From sequence record PZ026127.1: a stretch of 64,000 nt of DNA. One strand, 5' to 3'. This document shows positions 1 through 8,211 of the stretch, piece after piece. The notes under the pieces are model-generated. The model saw only the letters and a list, made by a program, of their open reading frames with translations, was not told the origin of the DNA and did no database searches. Position numbers and translations under genes: made by a program. Numbering within the stretch: the stretch's first letter is position 1; every line of letters begins with the position of its first letter. Source of the DNA: a phage.

Positions 1-1463
1 CGAGTATCATTCGACAAGTGAATATAAGCCCAGAGACCATCGCAGGGACATTCGCTAACGCACCGATACATGAATATATTGCCGGAACAGCTCCGCGTCC
101 TAGCGACACCTACAGTTGCTCTCCTAACGGCATGATGTATTATAAAGACCGTGAAGGTGTGATTCCGACAGAAATCACAAAGGTATTCTTGCAGCGTAAA
201 GAACATAAAGGTTACATGCTTGCAGCTCAGCGTAATGGTGAGTTAATTAAAGAAGCATTGGAAAATCCTAATCTCTCGGTTGATAGTCCACTGGATATCG
301 ATTATCGTTTTGACTTCTCTGACGAAATCAAAGCCCAGATTAAAGCACTGTCAGCGCCTTCTTTAAGAGAAATGTTGAAGAAAGCCGAGCTCACTGAAGT
401 TGCAGGTAACACGGCTCAGATTAACCGTAAGTTGCTTATCAACTCCCTTTATGGTGCACTTGGTAACGTATGGTTCCGTTACTATGACCTCAGGAACGCA
501 ACTGCAATCACATTGTTTGGTCAAATGGCCCTCCAATGGATTGAACGTAAGGTTAACGAATATCTGAATAGCGTGTGTAAGACTGAAAATCAGAAGTTCG
601 TGCTCTATGGTGATACTGACTCCATTTATGTTAAGGCCGATGCAATCATCAATAAAGTAGGCGAAGATAAATTTCGTGACACTAACCACTGGGTCGACTT
701 CTTAGATAAATTTGCACGTGAACGTATGGAACCAGCTATTGATGCAGGCTTCCGTGAGATGTGCGAATACATGAACAACAAACAACACTTGATGTTCATG
801 GACCGAGAAGCTATCGCAGGTCCTCCACTTGGTTCTAAAGGTCTTGGTGGATTCTGGACAGGCAAGAAACGTTATGCACTGAACGTTTGGGACATGGAAG
901 GTACTCGTTATGCCGAACCGCACTTGAAAATCATGGGTCTCGAAACTCAGAAATCAAGTACACCTAAAGCAGTTCAGAAAGCTCTGAAGGAATGTATCCG
1001 TCGTATGCTTCAGGAAGGCGAGGCATCTTTGCAAGAATATTTCAAACAGTTTAATAAGGAATTTAACGAACTCGATTATGTAAGCATTGCAGCAGTATCC
1101 AGTGCTAACAACATCGAGAAATATAATGAAGGTGGATTCCCGGGTTCTAAATGTCCATACCACATCAAAGGTTGCTTAGCTTACATGCGTGCTTCTGCAG
1201 GTGATTTGACTATGCCTCGTATCGTTGATGGTGAAAAGGTATATGTACTGCCACTTAAAGAAGGCAACCCGTTTGGTGAAGCTTGTATGGCATGGCCGTC
1301 AGGTATTGAACTTCCGGTTCAGATTCGTGACCAAGTCCTCCGTTGGATGGACTACAACGTACTGTTCCAAAAGACCTTTATCAAACCTCTGACCGGTTTT
1401 ACTGAGTCTGCTAAAATCGACTACGAGAAAAAAGCAACATTATTTGATATGTTCGACTTTTAA
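1..1463 (+). CDS. 43: DNA polymerase gp43, C-terminal part (5' end lies outside window)
   Basis: ORF runs in frame from window edge; family-B polymerase motif YGDTDS and C-terminal LFDMFDF tail as in T4 gp43. Confidence 0.95.
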   Translation, partial: SIIRQVNISPETIAGTFANAPIHEYIAGTAPRPSDTYSCSPNGMMYYKDREGVIPTEITKVFLQRKEHKGYMLAAQRNGELIKEALENPNLSVDSPLDIDYRFDFSDEIKAQIKALSAPSLREMLKKAELTEVAGNTAQINRKLLINSLYGALGNVWFRYYDLRNATAITLFGQMALQWIERKVNEYLNSVCKTENQKFVLYGDTDSIYVKADAIINKVGEDKFRDTNHWVDFLDKFARERMEPAIDAGFREMCEYMNNKQHLMFMDREAIAGPPLGSKGLGGFWTGKKRYALNVWDMEGTRYAEPHLKIMGLETQKSSTPKAVQKALKECIRRMLQEGEASLQEYFKQFNKEFNELDYVSIAAVSSANNIEKYNEGGFPGSKCPYHIKGCLAYMRASAGDLTMPRIVDGEKVYVLPLKEGNPFGEACMAWPSGIELPVQIRDQVLRWMDYNVLFQKTFIKPLTGFTESAKIDYEKKATLFDMFDF

Positions 1464-1465
1464 GT

Positions 1466-1495
1466 GTTTACATACCACAAGGAACGTGGTAGTAT
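1466..1495 (+). promoter_or_regulatory. early sigma70-type promoter (GTTTAC -35, TAGTAT -10) upstream of imm
   Basis: GTTTAC at 1466-1471, 18 nt spacer, -10-like hexamer, then CCTATCAAC box and GAGGAA RBS. Confidence 0.5.
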
Positions 1496-1525
1496 CCTTC
1501 CTATCAACTACATGAGGAAATTACA

Positions 1526-1762
1526 ATGGAAGCTTTAATCGTTAGTGCTGGTGTTTTAGGATTCGGTTCTCTGGTTATTATGTTCATCGGTTACTTTTTA
1601 CCATGGATTCTGGCTCTTCTGCGAGGCACTCGTAGTAATGTCGGAATTTTCTTCCTTAATCTCCTGTTAGGCTGGACGATGATTGGTTGGGTAGTGGCTT
1701 TAATCTGGGCTATCGTCGCTGAACGTAAATCAAACGCACAAATCATTATTGTTAAGCAATGA
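1526..1762 (+). CDS. imm: Imm superinfection-immunity membrane protein
   Basis: 78 aa, two hydrophobic helices, position directly after gene 43 as in T4; RBS GAGGAA. Confidence 0.85.
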   Translation: MEALIVSAGVLGFGSLVIMFIGYFLPWILALLRGTRSNVGIFFLNLLLGWTMIGWVVALIWAIVAERKSNAQIIIVKQ

Positions 1763-1903
1763 AAATAATTATTTTATTTCTTATAATGACTGCCTTTACC
1801 ATTTATTGGGCAGTGGCAATTCCGCCAATGATTCCGACACTCATCATTGGATGGATTATTCTTATAGCACAAATTAAGTATAACTGTTTTAATTGAGGAT
1901 ATT

Positions 1904-2404
1904 ATGAAAAAGTTAATTATCGCAATGAGTATGCTCCTATCAGGTTGCGCGGTCCAATATGGTGATACAGTTTCGGCCGATGAAGTTGGTAAAGCTCGTA
2001 TCGCAGCTGAACAGAAACAATTCGATGGCGAAATGAAATTCCGTGCAGGTTCTGGACTTGTGTACACCCGAGCTAATAATCAATGCGGTAATAACTGTGC
2101 AAAATATGCTCAACAAGAAATCGAATTCCAACGTGAACAAGAGTCCAAGCGTGAAGCGGTACTAGCCAAACACCAGGCAGAAATGAAGCGTCAAGATGAT
2201 TTGTACAAAAAGCAGAAACTGTATGCGATGTGCGTAAACCATATCAATCTACAGATTTCCATCCACGAGGCTCGTTATTACGAAATGCTCGAAACCGAGA
2301 GCTTCGGTAAAGCTCGTGATTATAAGAAACAAATCGATAAGCTCAAGACCAAAGCACCGGCGGCAATAGAACAGTGTATTGAAATCGGTAAAGATAAGAT
2401 TTAA
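1904..2404 (+). CDS. predicted lipoprotein, function unknown
   Basis: N-terminal MKKLIIAMSMLLSGC lipobox followed by charged coiled-coil-like region; RBS GAGGA. Confidence 0.6.
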   Translation: MKKLIIAMSMLLSGCAVQYGDTVSADEVGKARIAAEQKQFDGEMKFRAGSGLVYTRANNQCGNNCAKYAQQEIEFQREQESKREAVLAKHQAEMKRQDDLYKKQKLYAMCVNHINLQISIHEARYYEMLETESFGKARDYKKQIDKLKTKAPAAIEQCIEIGKDKI

Positions 2405-2464
2405 GCAATACCAATTTATTAAAAATAGTGTATAATGTACCTACATTCACTTGAGGAACAGATA

Positions 2465-4138
2465 ATGAAAAAGGTTGTTATTTTAGGCGCGGGTCTTGGC
2501 TCACGGTTGTATCCAATTACCAACGAAATCCCGAAGGTACTGGTTAACTACAAACAACATACTGTATTAAAACATTTGTATGATTTGTATAGTAATCAAT
2601 CAGATGAAATTATTCTGGTTATTCACAGCAAATTTAACGACCTCGTTAAAGGCTATATTAAATCCATTAACATGATTAATAGTGATAAGCCTAAATTCAC
2701 TATTCGTAACGTTGATGTTGCCAATGGTTCGGCTCATGCTATCGATTGCATTGCCGAAGATATCATTGGGCACAATGTCTTGTTTAACTGGTGTGATATT
2801 ATTCCTGAAGGTCATAAAGTTGAGTGGGATAACGACTACTGTTATACCTATGGGACTGACTGTCGTTTTACATTTGAAGAACCGTACTTGCGTGAAATTG
2901 GTACCGGTGGTGGCGTAGTTGGCTTGTATCAGGTGGCTAATTGGACAGGTTTCGACCGTTCTAATTATGGTGAAGACCTTGCTGACAACCTGGATTCAAT
3001 GGTCCATTTGACTGAACGTAAGTTAGACTTTGTAGTTGATGTTGGTGACAAACTGAAACTGGCTAAGGCCCATGAAGATTCTGAAATTAACCGTGAATTT
3101 AATAAATTAGAGTTCACTGAGAATCTAGCTATTAAAGTACCTACAAACGAATTAGGTAAAGAAATCCAATCTAAAGAAATCAATTGGTACAATTCTATTG
3201 ATTCTGAATTCGTTCCTAGCATTGTAGACTTTGCTCCAGGTGAATTCATTAAAATGGAACGTATCTTTGGTCGAACCATGGCAGATGCCTACCGGTTTAT
3301 GTCTAAAGAAACTAAAGTCCTAATGGTTTATAAGGTTATTAGTGCATTACGTTCGTTCGGTGGAACTATCGATAATCCATCTGATGAGCAATGGTATTCT
3401 GATGTTAAGAAAGAAGTATTGGACAAGGTCCTTATTCGTAATGCTTCTATCGCCGGATTGATTGAAGGCTTTGCTCCACAGGGCATTACCCATGTTAACG
3501 ACTTTAAGGTAGGCGACCCTGAAAAACTTCTTCGCCATGCACTAGAAATTCTGTCTGAACATAAAGAACCGTACCAACTTATTCATGGCGACCCGCACTA
3601 CAGTAATATTATGTTGTCGGACGAAGGTGATATTAAAATCATCGACCCACGTGGTTATTTTGGTAATAGTTCTAAAGGCCCTGCGATTTATGATGAAGCT
3701 AAGGTGCTTTATTCTATCGATGGTTATGACAAATTTAACTCTGACCCTCTATGGGGTGGCTTAACTCGTAACGGAACTCGTGTATTCGTTGATATTGAAA
3801 AGGTTATGCCTTTAGATGATATTCCAATGTGTACATTTAAGCACAAGCTCTGGATTGCTGTTATCTGGATGGCATTGGCAGGTTACTTTAAAAATAACCC
3901 TCTGAAAGCTCTGGGTGCTTATTACAACGGTTTGTACCAACTGAGTGTGCTGCTGAAGCGACATCCTCGTAAGCGTAAGCTTATCACAGGTGAATTCGTT
4001 GATGAAGTTCGCGACCCTATCACGGCTCAAATTATCACTCGTTGTCCTGATAAGTGGGTTTTGCTTGACCAAGAAACTGGTGTAAAATATAAACCTACAG
4101 GTTCTACTGAACTCCACAAACAATGGAAGAAAATTTAA
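2465..4138 (+). CDS. bifunctional nucleotidyltransferase / kinase-like phosphotransferase (N-terminal sugar-1-P or phospho-alcohol nucleotidyltransferase domain, C-terminal APH/choline-kinase-like domain)
   Basis: N-terminus ILGAGLGSRLYPIT...PKVLV matches the G-x-G-[ST]-R-x-x-P-x-T nucleotidyltransferase signature; C-terminal HGDPHYSNIM...IKIIDPRG matches the catalytic loop of aminoglycoside/choline/anomeric-sugar kinases. Start set at ATG 2465 after GAGGAA; the track ATG at 2435 lies inside a TGTATAAT -10 box. Confidence 0.7.
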   Translation: MKKVVILGAGLGSRLYPITNEIPKVLVNYKQHTVLKHLYDLYSNQSDEIILVIHSKFNDLVKGYIKSINMINSDKPKFTIRNVDVANGSAHAIDCIAEDIIGHNVLFNWCDIIPEGHKVEWDNDYCYTYGTDCRFTFEEPYLREIGTGGGVVGLYQVANWTGFDRSNYGEDLADNLDSMVHLTERKLDFVVDVGDKLKLAKAHEDSEINREFNKLEFTENLAIKVPTNELGKEIQSKEINWYNSIDSEFVPSIVDFAPGEFIKMERIFGRTMADAYRFMSKETKVLMVYKVISALRSFGGTIDNPSDEQWYSDVKKEVLDKVLIRNASIAGLIEGFAPQGITHVNDFKVGDPEKLLRHALEILSEHKEPYQLIHGDPHYSNIMLSDEGDIKIIDPRGYFGNSSKGPAIYDEAKVLYSIDGYDKFNSDPLWGGLTRNGTRVFVDIEKVMPLDDIPMCTFKHKLWIAVIWMALAGYFKNNPLKALGAYYNGLYQLSVLLKRHPRKRKLITGEFVDEVRDPITAQIITRCPDKWVLLDQETGVKYKPTGSTELHKQWKKI

Positions 4139-4521
4139 TGTCACATCGAGTAGAAAATAAGCCTCATTTATGTTTTGACATCGATAACACAATCACGATT
4201 TGGAACCATGACCGTGATTATGAAAACTTTAAACCGGACACCGAAATGGTGTCCATGATTAATAAGCTTTATGATGAAGGATGCGAGATTACCTTGTTCA
4301 CTGCCCGTGGTATGACTTCATGCGGTCCAGGTCGAATCTTGGTTGAAGTAGTTCCTGCATTGGTTAAGAATCTTGAAAAGATTGGATTGAAATATCATAA
4401 TCTGCTTACACATAAGCCGAGTTATACTTTTATCATCGATGACCGAGCAATCCGTCCTGACCACTTTAAAGAAATGGTTCGTGAAGGAACTCTTGAAACC
4501 TATAAGGCATATCATCCGTGA
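4138..4521 (+). CDS. HAD-superfamily phosphatase-like protein
   Basis: Motif I FDIDNTIT (DxDxT), motif II TLFTAR, motif IV IIDDR; start ATG overlaps upstream stop (TAATG). Confidence 0.6.
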   Translation: MSHRVENKPHLCFDIDNTITIWNHDRDYENFKPDTEMVSMINKLYDEGCEITLFTARGMTSCGPGRILVEVVPALVKNLEKIGLKYHNLLTHKPSYTFIIDDRAIRPDHFKEMVREGTLETYKAYHP

Positions 4522-5054
4522 AACCAAAAATCATTGTTATCGACGGCCCGGATAATTCCGGGAAGTCTACTTTAATTGAATCGCTTTTATCTGATAAGAA
4601 ATATCGTCTTATCGATTTCCCTAAAAAGATTAATGGTAAGTGCATTTCGATAGGGACTGATAATGACAAGGCTTTAGTCGAGACGTTGTATAAGTTTTTA
4701 GACCCTAATTTTGTCTACATCTTAGACCGTGGATATCCTAGTAATATTGTTTACTCAGGATTCCTTCGTGGTGAAATGGACCCCTATGTAGAACTGGAAG
4801 ATTGGAAAGGGTTTAAATCTGAATTCAATATTATTGAGGTTATTTTAACCCGTAATCCACTGGATAAAGACTTTGAAGATGACCTTATTAAATTAACCAA
4901 AGATGAGTTCAACCTAACTATCCGGCAATATGAAACATGTTTTGAAAACGTGTTTAAAATCTTAAATCACGACGGCCATAATAACTTGCTTAACGTCGAT
5001 ATGGTAGAATTAAAACGTCTGAATGAATATATTGAAAATAAGGTGAATAAATGA
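4518..5054 (+). CDS. P-loop nucleotide kinase, thymidylate-kinase-like
   Basis: Walker A IVIDGPDNSGKST and TMK-like DRGYPSNIVYS motif; GTG start overlapping upstream stop. Confidence 0.6.
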   Translation: MKPKIIVIDGPDNSGKSTLIESLLSDKKYRLIDFPKKINGKCISIGTDNDKALVETLYKFLDPNFVYILDRGYPSNIVYSGFLRGEMDPYVELEDWKGFKSEFNIIEVILTRNPLDKDFEDDLIKLTKDEFNLTIRQYETCFENVFKILNHDGHNNLLNVDMVELKRLNEYIENKVNK

Positions 5055-5749
5055 AACACATTACCGCTGTTAGTTTTGAAAACGCGTTTAAGCAAATGAA
5101 CGAAGAAATCCTGGAAGCTCCACAGTTTGCAGTTGATTCTCGTATCGGCCGTTGTTATGAAATTGGTTCTGCTTCGGTAGAAGTACTGGATGCAAGCACC
5201 TATAAATTCACCGACCCTCGTATTAATCGTATCAACTATGATTATGCCGAATCTTTCTGGAAGTTTATGATTTCTGGTGGTACTGACGCCGCCGAAGCAT
5301 TTAAGGAATACCCTAATGTTGCTAAGTTCATTGATAAGCCGAAAAGTGACGTATTGCCTGCAAACTTCAACACTTTCTATGGACCTAGAATTGTGGCCCA
5401 ACTCCCAGCCTTACTTAAAGAGCTTAAAGAGAAGCCTAACTCAAGACGAGTTGTGTTCCAAATTCTCCAAGAACAAGACCAAGCCCTCCTTGATTCTGAC
5501 GAATCCTTAGAATATCCATGTACCGATTCGGTGACATATTATATTCGTGATGGACGTCTGTATGCACACACTCATATGCGTTCACAGAACTGTGCTATTG
5601 TTATGCAGCTGGATTTCTATCTGCAGGGTAAACTGATGGCCTTTATTGCTGAACAGTGTGGTGTTGGTCTGGGTACGTATTCCCATACTATGGTTAGTGC
5701 ACACGTATTTGAACGTGATTTTGACTACGTTCGAGGATTCCTGAAATGA
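5051..5749 (+). CDS. 42: dCMP hydroxymethylase (thymidylate-synthase fold)
   Basis: 232 aa; motif CTDSVTYYIRDGRLYAHTHMRSQN resembles T4 gp42; position between imm region and uvsX. Confidence 0.85.
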   Translation: MKHITAVSFENAFKQMNEEILEAPQFAVDSRIGRCYEIGSASVEVLDASTYKFTDPRINRINYDYAESFWKFMISGGTDAAEAFKEYPNVAKFIDKPKSDVLPANFNTFYGPRIVAQLPALLKELKEKPNSRRVVFQILQEQDQALLDSDESLEYPCTDSVTYYIRDGRLYAHTHMRSQNCAIVMQLDFYLQGKLMAFIAEQCGVGLGTYSHTMVSAHVFERDFDYVRGFLK

Positions 5750-6639
5750 GTTTGTTTATCGTTCCTATTTTCAGTATGCGTAGTTACGAAACAGGTGAAT
5801 ATGCCGTCCTTAAGGACGGCAATTTTCAACTCCATTTAAACCGTGCTTGCCCAGGTGATTATCTGGCTTATCCTAGAAATTCGAGCGATATCAAAGAATG
5901 CATTGAATTATTTCCTGAACTGAATTTTGTACCTCTTTGGTATAAAGAAAATGCTTATGAAACTCGTAAACATTTTTGGTCTGAAAATGAGTTCGTTGTT
6001 GATTCGTTAATCGAATACTATGACTGCTCAGGATTGGTAACCGATATCACAGGTTATGATGGTGCTCATACCGTACAATTCAACTTTAACATTACAATGG
6101 ACCCTGAAGTTCCTCGTTATTACATCGATGAGTTTATTGATACCGACGTGGGTTCAGTTGAACGTTCGATTTATACTACAGTCTTGAATCAATGTCAGAA
6201 AGACGTCCTGGTGTCACGAGGTGCGTCCTCTGATAAGATTTTTGTAGACCAAAAGGTAATTAATCCTGCAGTAATTGAGCGTTACTCTGAAGGTCTAGCG
6301 CCTATTAAAATTGATGGTATTTTCCATCCATTCCGTATTTCAGATAAATGCTACCAATTCGAAAGAGTTGTAGACCAGGCTGCGGCTGAGGGTTCTCGTC
6401 TTTACATCACCGACCCGAATGATTCATTTAAGCGTGAAGACTATCGTCCTGATGTAGAGATTATTAAATTCAAACCGAGTAAGGTTGAATATTATCAGAT
6501 TCTGAAATCAAGACCTCATATCATTTATCATGAGAATCCCGGTTTAGTATTCCATCCTGGTCTGGCTGAATTCATTTATTTCGGTGCCCACATCCATTCT
6601 GAGCACGAAATGCCAAGTTATGAGGACGTGGTCCTTTAA
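5746..6639 (+). CDS. unknown protein occupying the beta-glucosyltransferase position; candidate hmC-DNA transferase
   Basis: 297-aa ORF translationally coupled to gene 42 (ATGA overlap); no recognisable motif; assignment by synteny only. Confidence 0.4.
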   Translation: MSLFIVPIFSMRSYETGEYAVLKDGNFQLHLNRACPGDYLAYPRNSSDIKECIELFPELNFVPLWYKENAYETRKHFWSENEFVVDSLIEYYDCSGLVTDITGYDGAHTVQFNFNITMDPEVPRYYIDEFIDTDVGSVERSIYTTVLNQCQKDVLVSRGASSDKIFVDQKVINPAVIERYSEGLAPIKIDGIFHPFRISDKCYQFERVVDQAAAEGSRLYITDPNDSFKREDYRPDVEIIKFKPSKVEYYQILKSRPHIIYHENPGLVFHPGLAEFIYFGAHIHSEHEMPSYEDVVL

Positions 6640-6716
6640 CGCTGTAAATGTGAAGTGATATAATTACCCTATCTTAAAACGTGAGTAAAATATAATGATG
6701 CCTATGGAAAAATATA

Positions 6717-7889
6717 ATGTCTGATTTAAAATCCCGTTTGATTAAAGCTTCTACTTCTAAAATGACCGCCGACCTGACCAAATCTAAATTGTTTAATGGT
6801 CGTGACGAAGTTCCTACTCGTATCCCTATGCTGAATATTGCATTGGGCGGTGCGTTGAATGCAGGCTTACAATCAGGTTTGACAATCTTTGCTGCTCCAT
6901 CTAAACACTTTAAAACGTTGTTTGGACTTACCATGGTTGCGGCATATATGAAGAAATATCCAGACGCAATTTGTTTGTTCTATGACTCTGAGTTTGGTGC
7001 TTCAGAATCTTATTTCCGTTCGATGGGTGTTGATTTGGAACGTGTGGTTCATACACCAATCCAGTCAGTCGAACAGCTTAAAGTTGATATGACCAACCAG
7101 TTAGAAGAAATTACTCGTGGCGAAAAGGTTATTATCTTTATCGACTCCATTGGTAACACTGCTTCTAAGAAAGAAACCGAAGATGCTTTGAACGAGAAAG
7201 TTGTAGGTGATATGACTCGTGCTAAATCACTGAAATCTCTGTTCCGTATCGTAACACCTTATCTGACTATCAAAGATATCCCTTGTGTAGCAATCAACCA
7301 CACGGCTATGGAAATTGGTGGAATGTATCCTAAAGAGATTATGGGTGGTGGTACTGGTATTCTGTACTCTGCTTCTACCGTGTTCTTTATCTCTAAACGT
7401 CAGGTTAAAGATGGTACCGAGCTCACTGGTTATGACTTCACACTGAAGGCTGAGAAATCTCGTACGGTTAAAGAGAAATCAACGTTCCCTATCACCGTTA
7501 ACTTCGAAGGTGGTATCGACCCATTCAGTGGATTGCTTGAAATGGCTACTGATATTGGCTTTGTCGTGAAACCTAAAGCTGGCTGGTATAATCGTGCATT
7601 CCTTGACGAAACCACAGGCGAAATGGTTCAAGAAGAAAAAGCATGGCGTGCTAAAGCTACCGATTGTGTCGAGTTCTGGGGACCGCTGTTTAAACATGCC
7701 CCGTTCCGTGAAGCAATCGAGAATAAGTATAAGCTCGGTGCAATTAATTCTATTAAAGAAGTTGACGATGCAGTGAACGACCTTATTAACTCTCGTGTCT
7801 CTAAGAACGTTGCTGTTAAATTAGGTGGTAATGCCCAAAGCGCCGCTGATATCGAAAACGATTTGGAAGAGATGGATTTAGATGACTGA
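6717..7889 (+). CDS. uvsX: UvsX recombinase (RecA-like)
   Basis: 390 aa, N-terminus MSDLKSRLIKASTSK and overall strong match to T4 UvsX. Confidence 0.95.
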   Translation: MSDLKSRLIKASTSKMTADLTKSKLFNGRDEVPTRIPMLNIALGGALNAGLQSGLTIFAAPSKHFKTLFGLTMVAAYMKKYPDAICLFYDSEFGASESYFRSMGVDLERVVHTPIQSVEQLKVDMTNQLEEITRGEKVIIFIDSIGNTASKKETEDALNEKVVGDMTRAKSLKSLFRIVTPYLTIKDIPCVAINHTAMEIGGMYPKEIMGGGTGILYSASTVFFISKRQVKDGTELTGYDFTLKAEKSRTVKEKSTFPITVNFEGGIDPFSGLLEMATDIGFVVKPKAGWYNRAFLDETTGEMVQEEKAWRAKATDCVEFWGPLFKHAPFREAIENKYKLGAINSIKEVDDAVNDLINSRVSKNVAVKLGGNAQSAADIENDLEEMDLDD

Positions 7890-8211
7890 TTTATCTGATT
7901 TAGATAATTTCGTTAAAGATACCGAAGAGGGTCCTAGTGACCCTCGTTATTATGAGAAATCATTAGATATAATCCGTAAGTCAATGGGATCGGTTAAGCA
8001 GGAAATTATGCTTACTTTACCCGATGGCACTGCTCACATCGTTTATGTGATGAATATTGTTATTGAGAAAGATGGAAAAGTGTCGGTTGATTTCGGAACA
8101 CCTTCCGAAGACCGAAAAGAAGAGCTGGCGCTTCATGTAGAAAAATGTGTTACAATGCAAATACAAGAAGAACTGGATAAAATTAAATCTAAGAGGTGGT
8201 GGAAGTGGTAG
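7882..8211 (+). CDS. 40: gp40-like protein (head vertex assembly helper)
   Basis: 109 aa ORF between uvsX and 41, as T4 gene 40. Confidence 0.6.
   Translation: MTDLSDLDNFVKDTEEGPSDPRYYEKSLDIIRKSMGSVKQEIMLTLPDGTAHIVYVMNIVIEKDGKVSVDFGTPSEDRKEELALHVEKCVTMQIQEELDKIKSKRWWKW

Noticed and set aside
2435-2464. N-terminal extensions in the ORF track (2435, and likewise 30352, 52758, 57134, 61247)
   Set aside because: The upstream ATG lies inside a promoter -10 box or overlaps the preceding gene; a downstream ATG with a proper RBS matches the homolog N-terminus.
3812-4192. 126-aa ORF on the - strand, and similar antisense ORFs at 363-689, 2965-3279, 33516-33917, 51729-52118 and 59224-59673
   Set aside because: Each lies entirely within a well-supported + strand gene, has no RBS and no recognisable motifs; treated as frame shadows.
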